DNA of 64,000 nt from the NCBI GenBank assembly GCA_964016885.1, contig OZ024742.1, positions 159,402,001 to 159,466,000 of the forward strand, given 5' to 3'. This document shows positions 27,040-39,733 of this stretch, one piece after another. A program made the position numbers and the translations under genes. Every line of letters starts with the position of its first letter. The stretch's first letter is position 1. The stretch comes from Eledone cirrhosa (taxonomy: Eukaryota). Below the pieces are notes generated by a model that was not told where the DNA came from, did not search any database, and saw only the letters and a program-made list of their open reading frames with translations.

Positions 27040-27380
27040 AACCCCAGTACTGGATTGGTTCTTTTTTTTATCGACCTCGAAAGGATGAAAAGCGAAGTTG
27101 ACCTCTGTGGGTTTTTAGCTCAGAACACATATAACTGCAATGAATATCGCAAAACATTCTATCCGACGTTCTAAGAACTCTACCAATTCACCGCCTATAT
27201 ACTCATATATTATGTTTTACTATACAACTATAAGGCGGTGATTGGAAGTATCGGTAGAGGGTCGGATGCCATGCTTTCCAGCATAGTTACGTCCCTTAAC
27301 GATCTGAGTTCAAATCCCGCTGAGGTTGACTTTGCCTTTCATCCTTACGGGGTCGATAAAATAAAGTATCAGTAATGTAT
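27040..27380. mobile_element. SINE family 1 head-to-head pair (- 27040-27196, + 27233-27380)
   Basis: Central domain and B-box in both orientations. Confidence 0.7.
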
Positions 27381-27629
27381 CGACCTATGCCTTTTCCTTG
27401 GACAATATTTGTAGTGCTGCGACTTCCACAAAATACTCTGCCTAAGCTTGCATCTTGGGGGGGGGGGGGTCCAGATGCAAACCTATAACTAGATTATGAC
27501 CGGGAAGACCGGGGTGGGGGATTTGTTTTTCTCTGAAAGATAATTTGGGGATTCGTAATGATATTTTTAACGATATTCGTAACGACATTTAGATAAAATT
27601 ATTTTTGGATGGTTGGACATTTTATTACA

Positions 27630-28140
27630 ATAACTGTTTCTACTTTTGGCACAAGGCCAGAAATTATCTCAGTGTATTACTGGTACTTTATTTTATCGAT
27701 CCCGTAAGGATGAAAGGCAAAGTTAACCTCGCAGGATTTGAACTCAGACCATAAAGGGCCGTAACTCTTTGCTGCAAAGCATGGCGTCAGACCCTCTACC
27801 GATACTGCCAATCCACCGCATTTTATTACGATAATTGTTTCTACTTTAGGCACAAGGCCAGCAATTACCCAGTGCATTACTGGTAATTTATTTTATCGAC
27901 CCCATAAGGTTGAAAGGCAAAGTTAACCTCGGTGGGATTTGAACTCAGATCGTAAAGGGACGTAACTATGCTGGAAAGCATGGCGTCCGAACCTCTACCG
28001 ATACTGCCAATCCACCGCCCTTTATTACGATAATTGTTTCTACTATTGGCACAAGGCCAGCAATTAACCAGTACATTACTGGTACTTTATTTTATCGACC
28101 CCGTAAGGATGAAAGGCAAAGTTAACCTCGGCGGGATTAA
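27630..28140 (-). mobile_element. SINE family 1 tandem array (~2.6 units of ~195 bp)
   Basis: Units joined by tttattacgataat spacer. Confidence 0.85.
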
Positions 28141-28685
28141 CTTTATTACGATAATGTAGTCTTGCAAGATTCACTGAATGATAAGAACTATACTATTCGT
28201 TCTTAATTTTAAGTGTAACGTCGAGGTAATTTACTCAAATGAGATTAGATTCAACCATTATTTTTAAGTCGAACTGCTTCAAAAATATGAAGGTATTTTC
28301 TACATCTTTAAATTTTCTGGTGGTTGCGATTTCTAGGTATTAACAGTCCACCAATATAAACTTCCGAGAATGAAAGATTTTAGGATATAAAATCCTATTA
28401 TGACAGTTATCTCGGCTAAGTTTCTATTTTTCATACTAACATCAAAATGACGTTATATTGTTTTTTTTTTTTAATCCAGATACTATTATCGTAACAGATT
28501 TTTTAGTAGGAAAGATAATATCAATCTCCGAGGTCATTATGAATGAAACATCTTGCAGAAGTTAACATCAAACAAAGTTCTCGAGGTCAAACGCGGTATA
28601 ACAGCAGTTATCGTTGTCAAGAAAGGATTGAAACTAAATAACTGCGAAGTTACAATGTTTCTCAACACAGGCATACTTGAGGTTA

Positions 28686-28864
28686 CGAGGGCCGGTTGAA
28701 AAATTCATAGGTTTAAAAGCGAATAGGCTGACCAAGATACTCTTATGGAATGATCAAATGAGGTTTATTTTTCAACATAGTCCCCGAAAAGAAACAATAG
28801 TTTCACAGCTCTAGTATCACTCCTTCATAGACAGACAGCCTATGAACTTTTCAGCCCACCTATG
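28686..28864. mobile_element. mariner-type MITE
   Basis: TA|cgagggccggttgaaaaattcatagg ... cctatgaacttttcagcccacctatg|TA. Confidence 0.65.
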
Positions 28865-29381
28865 TAGTTTAAACTTCAATATTATTTTTTCCAGAGAATG
28901 TTTATGAATATCTGTTATAGTGGGTTTAATAAGTCTTGAAGAAGGGTTGTTTGCAAAAAAAAAAAGCTTGTAGTGTTTCAAAATAAAATGTGAGTTTTAT
29001 AAATGTGGCCTACAAATGGGCTATTCAGGTGTTCTCTGTGGGCCTCGGATATTGTCGAATTTTTATATAATATAAGGGCCATAAGCAAAACTAAAAATAA
29101 AAATCAGAAAAAAATCCGCAGTGGGCAATATAAAACTAAATTGCTTCCCCCTTGTTTTTATATTATCTTCTATGTCCACTTTACTGGCAACCTTCTTCGT
29201 TTCAGTGTTGATATGGTGTAAGGTTACGATCATAGTTTTTTAACACCTTTATTATCCTATATAAAATGAAGTACACTGTGTTTTAATTAATTAATGAGGA
29301 TTTTTAGAGACAACTAAAATTATTATTTCATTATTAAGATTTGTAACAAGTATTTGTAACAAGAGGTATAAAATTATGTGT

Positions 29382-29540
29382 TTTACTATAGGCATAAGGC
29401 CAGCAATTTGGGGGGTGGGGAGTCGATTAAATTGACACCAGTGCATTATTGGTGCTTTATTTGATCGACCCCGTAAGGGTGAAAGGCAAAGCTAACCTCA
29501 GCGGGAGTTGAACTCGGAATATAAAGGGCCGTAACTCTAT
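29382..29540 (-). mobile_element. SINE family 1 fragment
   Basis: Central domain and B-box. Confidence 0.7.
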
Positions 29541-29808
29541 GCCCTTAAAACGGGTATTTTGTTCCATAGAACCAGAGATTGTTTTGGACCAGTTGGTATC
29601 AAAAGGATTAGATATGTAATCATTGTAAACCAATTACATAAGAATCTATCTATTGATAGAAGTTGTTTTAAAGAAAAGAATATAAATAATTGGATTTTAG
29701 ATCCCTCTCATATTGGTATATATGATTTTAAAATTTAATGTTCTTAATTATTTTAAAGACGTCTTCGAATAGTTGCAATAGTGTGTGCGCGCGTGTGGTG
29801 TTTGTATG

Positions 29809-29849
<41 letters not shown>

Positions 29850-29884
29850 TTTTCTATACTTTTCTATACTTTTCTATACTTTTC

Positions 29885-29979
<95 letters not shown>

Positions 29980-30139
29980 CGTATGTGTGTATGTATATAT
30001 CTCTATATGCGTGTATGCATGTAAGCATGGGAAACGGACAAAATACTGCTATGTGTGTGTGTGTGCGTGCGTATGTGTGTATGTATATATCTCTATATGC
30101 GTGTATGCATGTAAGCATGGGAAACGGACAAAATACTGC

Positions 30140-30200
<61 letters not shown>

Positions 30201-30278
30201 GTCTGTGTTATGTGTATGTGTGTGTCTGTGTGTTATGTGTATGTGTGTGTGTGTATATACATATATACACATTTATAC

Positions 30279-30309
<31 letters not shown>

Positions 30310-30372
30310 TGTATGTATGTATGTATGTATGTATAATCTCCTTCGCGGTGGCTACGGGCCTTCATCTTTTGT

Positions 30373-32510
30373 TCTACTGTTACGCACTGCAAATGGAAAA
30401 TCTCTTCTGAGGCAACCAAAGGAAATACTGGGCAGTTGGCATCAGCACGTTGACGAACTTTTAAATCAGTCTTCAGAGATCGATGAGGTGTTTCTTGAGT
30501 CAATACCTTGCAGAACTGTCAAAGATACTTTGGCAGACGTTCCTTCTGTAGAAGAAATCGCGGCTGCTGTTCAAAAACTTAACAGTAGCAAGTCTCCCTG
30601 TATGAATGGCTTGTTTGCAGAATTCTTTAATTGTGGAAGTGAAAACTCAAAGCCTTCCTTGCCACCTTGACACAGAAAGTGTGGGCAGAAAAGAATAGGA
30701 CTGGAAGGGTGCTCCAATGGTTTTCCTATATAAGGGAAAGAGTCGAAAGGATGACAGTAGCAACTAGAAAGAAATAGTGTTGTTGTCAGTGGCTGAAAAG
30801 GTTCAGCACCGGCTTATACTTGACAGGCTTATGTTACACATTACTGGCGATGTTCTTTCAGAATCCCAATGTGGTTTTAAACAAAGCTGAAGCACAGTGC
30901 ACATAATATTTTCGATTAGACAGCTTCAGGAAAAGTGTATGGAACAAAGAGTAGATCTGTTTGAAGTGTTCATTGACTTGTCATAGGTATTTGACACAAT
31001 TAATAAAGAAGCACTTTGGAAAGTACTTAGAAAGATTAGCAGCTCGAACAAATTCTTGACAATCCTGTGTCAATGTCATGATGACATGAAAGCCTAGATT
31101 AATATTGGTGGAAGTGTGTCAGAGCCTATTGCTGTTAAGAAAAGGCGTCAAACAGGGCGACATAACACACTGTTTTTACTGTTCTTTGCAGTGGTATTTT
31201 TAATGGCATGTAAAGACTGTCAACATGGAATATACATCTGACAAGCTTTTCAACATAAGACGCTTTTCAACATAGGACGTTTTTCAACAGAAGACGCTTT
31301 AGTGCCAATATAAAAGTCATGTATTCACTATTGAGAGAATTTCTGTACGCAGATGATTGCGATATTTTTGCCCATGCGCAGGAAGATATGCAGCATCTGA
31401 TGGGCTCCTTCAGCAGTGAATGTTCTGCGCTTGGCTTAACAATCAGCTTGTAAAAGACTGTGGTCATGTACCAGCCAGCACCAGGAAAACCATATGTAGA
31501 ACCAGGCCTAAAAGTGTATGATCAGAAACTCCGAGTGGTGGACAGATTTGTGTATCTTGGCAGTACCATATGTGTATCGTGCACTCTTCACAATGAAATA
31601 TAATCAAGAATTCGCAAAGCTAGTGATGCATTCGGAAAATTGGAAAAGCGACTTTGGTCCCAGAGAGCTATCTATATTGATACTAAAGGTAAGGGTCTAC
31701 GTGACTCGTGTATTGTTATCTCTACTATACACTTGTAAGACGTTAGTTACTTACCAGAAGCATCTAAAACTGCTGGAGCGCTTTCACCAGCAGTGCCTTT
31801 GTCGAATTTGGGGTCTACACTGGAGGATGTATGTTAGTAATGTTGTGGTAATTGAAAGAAGTCTCTGTCAGAGTATGGAGTCGATTATCTTGCAACACCG
31901 TCTCCAATGAGTTGGACAAGTAGTAAGATGGAGGACTATAGGTTACCCAAACAACTCCTTTATAGTGAGCTGAGGTTTGGCAAATGTCCACCTCTTAAAT
32001 CTAATATAAGGTTCAAGGACTGTGTGAAAACATTTCTAATGAAAGTTGGTATTTCCGATGGAAACTAGAAACAAGATTCCAATGATCGAATTCTGTGGAA
32101 AGAAGTAGTATATGAAAGGAAAGTACACTTTGAAACTGCTCGAAAAAATTATGAGGTTAAAAAGGGATATGAAGAAGGACTTAAAAGTGGAATTGCCAGG
32201 AAGCGTGAGAGACCAAGGAGAGCTGATATGCAATGAGTGTTGGAGAGTCTGCCCCAGCAAATCTGGATTGAAGAGTCATAAAAGGAGCCATGTAAAAAGG
32301 GTTGATGCAAATTACATTGGTGCATATGGTGTAACAATCTGCCATCAATGTGGTAAAGTCTGCTAATCAGCAGGAAGCCTGAGACGACACATGAAAGTAC
32401 ATGGCAACCAGCTATCGATTCTTGATAACAAAGACCATGTCTGTAAAGTCTCTGCTGGGAAATGTAGGACACTTGCTGGCCTAAAATGTCACGTCCATGC
32501 TTCACACATG
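30373..32510 (+). pseudogene. Decayed RTE-clade LINE (RT domain + C-terminal C2H2 fingers)
   Basis: WHQHVDELLN..PSVEEI..KSP; SESQCGF; QLQEKCMEQ; LYADD at 31343-31357; many stops and frameshifts. Confidence 0.85.
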
Positions 32511-34774
32511 CAGAAACGCGCGCGCGTTTGTATAAGTGCGTATGAATGTGTATGTATTAACACTTCCTCCACTCCTTCTTTTTGAAATTTGTGCTAATAT
32601 TTCTCTTCTAAAACACAGTTCAAATAAGTGTCAATCAATCCAACCTCACCCAGTTATTGTCACCACCTATTACCAGTTCCAGTAACGGTCGGTAAACTAA
32701 AATACGCATCACGCGGTACTCTGGTGGCAAAAAAATATAAATAATAACAAATATATATATATGTACAAAATCTTACAATGTCATGAAAGACCATTAAAAT
32801 TATATAAAAAATAATTGAGCAACATCTAATAAAAACAAGACACAGTACTAAAGGGAACAAAAAAGGAAGAAGAGAAAAGAAAGGGAAAAGGTGAAAAAGA
32901 AAGAAGGATCAAGCGTCGAAAGACAGATAGAGGTAGGAGGGACAGTCACTACACCCCAATCCGAGCGGTGCCTCAGCCGTACACCACGGACATAACGGCA
33001 AAAGCGTTACCGAGGATAGATAGAGAGACACCCACTGCAGCAACCACCCCTCTTCATGGGACTCCCCACTCAAGCGGGCCGCCGTCTTCGTTGTTTGCAA
33101 CGTTAAAAATAGGAATCGAAACATGATTGAAGATTTGGAATGTCAGCACAGACGGAGTAAATTCTTTTGGGACCTTAAGTATTTAAACATTATGGTTTCC
33201 TTCAACACTCACGTATCAAGCCAGCAATTTTTTTTTCTTTTTGAATGACAAATACATTTAATTTGAATTAAATGGAATATCTCTTCCTTTGATGACCTAA
33301 GCAGGTAGTTATTTTGCTTTATGGTTAATTCAGCCCTGGATGTCAAACATCTAATAATTCCTGTCATTACGCAGTCACTCGACCCACAAAAAATAACAAC
33401 CTAATGCCCGAAAAAGGGAAGGATATATTATATAATATCATTGGTATTTTACATATTTAAAATTAAATAGATAAAATAGAAGTGTTCATGACCGTAACGA
33501 AAACCTTTGAACATGTATTCGCTCACTCAAACTACCCTAGGGCTAAACAACAATATACAACTTGTGATGGCAGTCAAAAATATCTGTCTGCTATTATTTG
33601 TGTATTAAATTTATATAGCTTCATAGTGTAAGATTTCAGCTATTTTACTTTTTATTCTACTTTTTTTTTAAATTCCTTAAATACCTGTTTTAGATAATAA
33701 GAAAATGACAAACAACAATACAAGTATAAATATACAACGATACAAAACTAGAGTAAAAATTGTTGAATGAACCGGTGTCGTCGGATGTCAATCTTCACGC
33801 ATGCTCAGTAATGTCACTGGAGAGAAAAGTATAAGCCACATTCGCTATCTCTTTATATATATTTATTTATCATAACCTACATATGTAATTTTCCATATGG
33901 CTTGTATTTGCTACACGCTATCCGGTTTCTTTTCCAAGCTGTTTATGGAGTAAATATTTAGATATATATGACTGTAAACAGTTTATTATGGCTATTATAT
34001 ACCAGTGTATTAACGTAACCTGGAAGTTATAACGGTGACTCATTATCGCTTTTCCTCGTTTAATCTATCCCACCGCAACTACATCTGTGGACATCTGTCT
34101 CTGTTTTTACCTCTATAATCACTCCTGCTGTGATATCAGACTTTAAACATTCGTTATTATTATTATTGCCTAAATCAGAAAAAGATTGCTCGAGTTGTTA
34201 AACACTCCTCAAGTAAAATCAATTCTCTTTAAATTAGGCTTTCCCCGTGCGATCACGAAGTCTAGTCATGAATTATTTAAGGTAGGTGGTATTCCTCAGT
34301 TAAATACTCTCTCTTACGTTGATAATTCCCATTCGCAGTGCTGCTTTGCCAGGCTGCATTGCCGAACATATAGGCACGTATACATTCTCACAGACGTTAT
34401 CCTTACACCGCTATATATATATATATTCCTAACTAAGCATGTGATGAAATATTTTCTGGTATAGAAAAAAAACTATACAGCTGCACGTACACAAATACAA
34501 GTACATATGTTATATTAGACGTTATATCATTTATTTTTTTAATTCAAAGGAGTTAATCTTCTAACATTCTTAATGATGCACATCTAAATACAATGTTTTA
34601 CACTTTGATATTTTACGTACACACGCTATACATACATATAATGATTAACTTAAGTATTGGGAAAATTTGAAATGTATTTTCCAAACCAAATGACCATAAT
34701 AATAATAATGATAATAGTCGATTTCTCAACTGCTATTATGGTCATTTACGTTTGGACGCACACACTTCGTATGC

Positions 34775-35175
34775 GCCTTTCGTCCTTACGGGGTCGATAA
34801 AATAAAGTACCAGTGACGCACTAAGGTCGATTTAATCGACTTTCCCTTCCCCCAAAATTGTTGTCCTTGTACCTAAATCAAAAACCATTATTATTAGGTT
34901 AACTTTGCCTTTCATCCTTACGGGGTCGATAAAATAAAGTACCAATAATGCACTGGATAATTGCTGGCCTTGTGCCAAAAGTAGAAACAATTATTATAAC
35001 AGCTGGACTGGCAGTATTGGTAGAGGGTCGGACGCCATGCTTTGACGCATAGTTACGGCCCTTGCCATTCTGAGTTCAAATCCCACCGAGGTTAACTTTG
35101 CCTTTCATCCTTACGGGGTCGATAAAATAAAGAACCAGAAATACACTGGATAATTGCTGGCCTTGTGCCAAAAGT
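34775..35175 (+). mobile_element. SINE family 1 tandem cluster
   Basis: Three central domains, one full head. Confidence 0.8.
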
Positions 35176-35990
35176 AGAAAAAATTATTATTATAACAGAG
35201 TTCTCTTTTGCTCTGAATTCGTGTCTATACTGAGAACGATTTGCAGTCCCATAGCTTATTTTTCTCGCCAGGGAAGGAATGCGGGATAATTGGATGAAGT
35301 TAGTGCGGTTAATGTTCTGTTGTTAGTTGTTGTAGTGAAAAACGTGTGGGAGTGGTAAAATTAATTTAGCTGTCACTGTTAAAACTGTTGACTCCTTTTC
35401 GTTCCTTTTAATAATTCTATGTAATTAGTAATCCTTCGTTTTAAGATCATAAACAACTTCCGGTAATTTCCGTAATTAAAAAGGACAATTAAAAAAGAAA
35501 AATCAACATATAGCAAGCTACACATTCGAAAATGTATCTCCGCAAAACCAATATTATGAAGAAAGTTTTGAGGAAAATGATGTATTTTCTTCATAACTTA
35601 ATGTATATTTTGTAGATATATTTTCGAAACTGTACACTACGATTATGTTGATAATAATGATTATTATTATTTTCAATTAAATTGTAATTTTCACTCTCGG
35701 AAATTACCGGAGGTCGTTTGTGATGTCAACACGTAGGATTAGCATGTAATTAAATTGTTTACTTTGTATTAATTACTATTGAAGACTCAACTACCAGATG
35801 TTGATATCCTGGTATCATTCGTGAAGGCGAGAGACGGCACTTGAAAATGTCATAGAATTACTGGTAATAACTTAACTAGACAGTGTTAACCGGGCGATCA
35901 TCTCGCCGAGGTTAAGTTTGGGGTCGATAAAATAAAGTACCAGTAATGCACTGAGGTAATTGCTGGCCTTGTGCCAAAAGTAGAAATAAT

Positions 35991-36024
<34 letters not shown>

Positions 36025-37842
36025 TACGATTAATTTTAAAGTTTAGGCGAAATGTGTAGAATGACCTCTACACTTTAGTTGTCAATATATCGTAATTATC
36101 TTAATGTTGATTAAATTCACTGTTTGCGAACATTTTCAGAACTTGAATGCGCGCGTGTCATTTAGTTTTGATATATGAAAGGTATTTCCTTTTTAAAGTT
36201 ATCTAAAATATAATTTAACTGAGTGAATTCCTTTCATTCATCTTAGCTTCGCTTTTGAGTTAGGAAGATACGATTGAAACAAACAGGGTACTGCCATTCT
36301 TTTAACAATAGTTTTTTTAACGGGCAATAATCTACATGCCATGTAACTAACTCTTTGACGATATATTTCTGGTAATACCACCTTCTTTCCCTGGATATCT
36401 TTGACAAACAATCTACTTCCTGTCTATAGAATTAATGTTAATCTTCTAATCCTATTGTTATTTTGTATTGCTCAGAACCCATGGGAATAATCGTTCTTGT
36501 TTAACATTTCTTTTGTTTACTCTAGCTTGTTGTAATCCGAGTATCGTTTAAATAATTTATTCTCATTACGGCGTTGTAACTACCATTTCCACTTCGGTGC
36601 AAACATACACACATAACGTGTATGTATATATATTTATATATGCACACAGACACAGTAACCACATTGACACATAAGTAGTGTTGTGTAAGGAGGGTGTGTG
36701 TGAAGTCCAAGTGATATATGCTAGAAGTTGGCTACACAACGCGCTCTTTATATATCCAATAACCAGAGAAAATGACGCCCTGTTTCGAATTTGTGTAAAC
36801 TACACTCATAAATGTGTTCACACAATACAACTTTTCAGTATATCCTTTCGTAATATATATATAAAGTCAGTGTCTGTGATCAACTGTTACAACTTGTTGA
36901 GTTGAGCACTCCTCACACCATTTTCTTAGTTAAGTAGTAGTATCAGTCAGCTGTTAGCTACGTATTATTATTTTTTTTTTTTCGTTTTTACGTATGCTTA
37001 AGTACACAGTAAAACATTCTTCATATCAGCAATTCCTCTTGTAATCTTGAGACTAATTTTGTCATATTTTCCATACGTTATATCTCTAATTTCTTCATTT
37101 CCATCTAGATTTTAACTCGACGCTGGCATCTCCGCACAAAAAATCCAAATTAGATATTATTTATGCATAAAGCGAATATTTCTTGCTGCTTATAATGTTT
37201 GTAGTATAGCATCAATGTACATATATTTCTGAATATGAATTTTGCGGACATGCAAGTCAAACACCTAAATTTGCATTAGTATGCAAAGAATAGATATTGT
37301 AATGTGGACATAGTTGTCACATTTTTGCATTAATTTTTTTTATAGCAAAAAAACTTTATTGATACTTTATATGCTTCATTGCAGCTGGTGTCCTTCCTCT
37401 AAAGCAACGTCCCTTCGAACTGACGCAAAATAATTTATATTTAAACTGTGTTCGAAAATCTTGCTGATTTTTGTAATGTCCTAGTAGACTTCCTTCTTCC
37501 TACTGCTTTTAAATAATGTAACATTGTCTTTTTGTTGTTTACCCCCCACCCACCCACACACATTCTCCTCGGGGTTTTTGATATACATGTACATGTATAT
37601 GCATTGCCAATGAAGCAGGGTTACAAGGATCAAAAGATTTAAGTGTAAACATACGAATATACACATATATATATAAATATATATATATGTATATATATAT
37701 GAAAGTGTTAAACAATATTCAATGATTATGTCAAAGAATGAGTTTTACAGTAGATTGGAAGCACTCAACAGCATAATAATTTTCTGGAGTTATTAACATT
37801 AAAATACAAATATTAATAAAATAGATGTTCTTTTGATCAATT

Positions 37843-37899
37843 ACATTTTATGATACATATTTCGGATGTACAACAGTACGTCCTCATCAGACAAAATAT
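37843..37899 (-). ncRNA. Type I hammerhead ribozyme, family F
   Basis: atattttgt CTGATGA ggacgtac-tgtt-gtacatcc GAAA tatgta TC ataaaatgt. Confidence 0.85.
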
Positions 37900-37980
37900 G
37901 AGATGTTAAATGGTAAAGATTTAATCAAGGTACCTTGATTAAATCTTAAGCATTTAACATCTCAGGGTATGTCATGTATC

Positions 37981-38037
37981 ATATTTTGTCTGAGGAGGAC
38001 GTACTGTTGTACATCCGAAATATGTATAATAAAATGT
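37981..38037 (+). ncRNA. Type I hammerhead ribozyme, family F
   Basis: atattttgt CTGAGGA ggacgtac-tgtt-gtacatcc GAAA tatgta TA ataaaatgt. Confidence 0.85.
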
Positions 38038-38075
38038 AATTGATCAAAAGAACATCTATTTTAATAATACTTATA

Positions 38076-38113
<38 letters not shown>

Positions 38114-38233
38114 GGAGGTGAGTTTTATTGTACAATAAAGCAATGCAGATATCGGATAAGAAGCACTCTACAGTTTGTAGGACTGGAGTATACATAATAT
38201 ATAAGATCAAAAGATGGTTAAAGGAGTTCCATG

Positions 38234-38303
38234 TATTTTATTATGCGCATTTCAAAAACAAACATCATCATGCAATAATATTTGTGTTTTCATCAGATAA
38301 ATA
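38234..38303 (-). ncRNA. Type I hammerhead ribozyme, family G
   Basis: tatttat CTGATGA aaacacaaatattattgcatgatgatgtttgttttt GAAA tgcgca TA ataaaata. Confidence 0.8.
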
Positions 38304-38361
38304 TGTTGATTTAAAACTGCACTATCCACAAGTGTTTTTTAGCCTTCATATCATGTCCTCC

Positions 38362-38432
38362 TGTTTTATCTGATGAAAACACAAATATTATTGCATGATG
38401 ATGTTTGTTTTTGAAATGCGCATAATAAAATA
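38362..38432 (+). ncRNA. Type I hammerhead ribozyme, family G
   Basis: tgttttat CTGATGA [long stem II] GAAA tgcgca TA ataaaata; palindromic stem III. Confidence 0.85.
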
Positions 38433-38495
38433 CATGGAACTCCTTTAACCATCTTTTGATCTTATATATTATATATATATATATATATTTATAAC

Positions 38496-38645
38496 TCTAA
38501 TGCTCTATTACGTGTTCAAGCTGACAGGCTGAGGCAATGCTGGGGCACCGCCATTCATATATATATATATATATATATATATCTAATGCTCTATTACGTG
38601 TTCAAGCTGACAGGCTGAGGCGATGCTGGGGCACCGCCATTCATA
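38496..38645. repeat. Tandem duplication of a ~62-bp unit separated by (TA)n
   Basis: tctaatgctctattacgtgttcaagctgacaggctgaggc..gctggggcaccgccattca x2. Confidence 0.85.
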
Positions 38646-38654
38646 CATATATAT

Positions 38655-39230
38655 AAAGGGAAAAAATGAAACGAAATTTCATTTCCCACTCTTAGTACGG
38701 CTGTTACTTAAATATAAGTATGTACACGTACATACATATATGTATACAGACCTACAGTAGTATGTATAAACATATGCATACATGCACACATATATATATG
38801 TACGTGTGGATTCACCGAATATTTATTATAATGCTCGGTGTGTTTGTAAACAAACATCATGTATTAATCCGTAGTGTCCAGAAACCATCGTTGCTCGTTT
38901 GTTCAACACTGACAAAGGAACGCTGTACTAGTTTCAAGCTTATTAGCTATCGTCAGCAACGTATACCTTCCTGCCAGATTGTTGAACGTATATACTTACA
39001 TTATGCATATTAACGGCTGAGTAGCCCAATTTGCATATCGAGTGGGTTAATCGGCCAGGTGCACCGAAAACGATAAACGGAAAAAAAGAAACGAAATTTC
39101 ATTGAACAAACGAGCAACGATGGTTGCTGGACACTACGGCTTAATACGGGATGTTTGTTTACAAACACACCAAGCATTATAATAAATGTTAATAAATCCA
39201 TACGTACATTATAATAAATCCATACGTACA
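38655..39230 (-). mobile_element. Family A retrozyme-like unit with terminal redundancy, plus an inverted partial copy (39102-39230)
   Basis: Junction sequence gaaacgaaatttcat is present at both ends of the unit. Confidence 0.8.
38917..38971 (-). ncRNA. Type I hammerhead ribozyme, family A
   Basis: Reverse complement equals the motif at 31-85. Confidence 0.85.
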
Positions 39231-39236
39231 TATATA

Positions 39237-39336
<100 letters not shown>

Positions 39337-39399
39337 TGTATATATATATATATATTCATGTATATATATATATATATTCATGTATATATATATATATTC

Positions 39400-39444
<45 letters not shown>

Positions 39445-39733
39445 TGTATATATATATATATTCATGTATATATATATATATATATTCATGTATATATATA
39501 TATATATATTCATGTATATATATATATATATATTCATGTATATATATATATATATATTCATGTATATATATATATATATTCATGTATATATATATATATA
39601 TTCATGTATATATATATATATATATATTCATGTATATATATATATTCATGTATATATATATATTCATGTATATATATATATTCATGTATATATATATATA
39701 TATATTCATGTATATATATATATATATATATAT

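Larger units (their letters stand above)
37798..38082. repeat. Inverted repeat with central palindrome, carrying divergent HHR pair (family F)
   Basis: Centre gatttaatcaaggtaccttgattaaatc. Confidence 0.9.
38110..38472. mobile_element. ORF-less inverted pLTR pair of the PLE family at 51279-54850
   Basis: Same left extension (ggaggtgagtttta..) and same right end (ccatcttttgatcttatat) as that element; lies in (TA)n. Confidence 0.8.

Noticed and set aside
27630-28140. Regular repeats resembling a CRISPR array or tRNA genes
   Set aside because: Eukaryotic SINE tandem; no unique spacers, no cas genes, no cloverleaf
32661-32728. ccacc...ggtgg-closed structure considered as a twister ribozyme or SECIS
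   Set aside because: Could not fit consensus nucleotides on either strand
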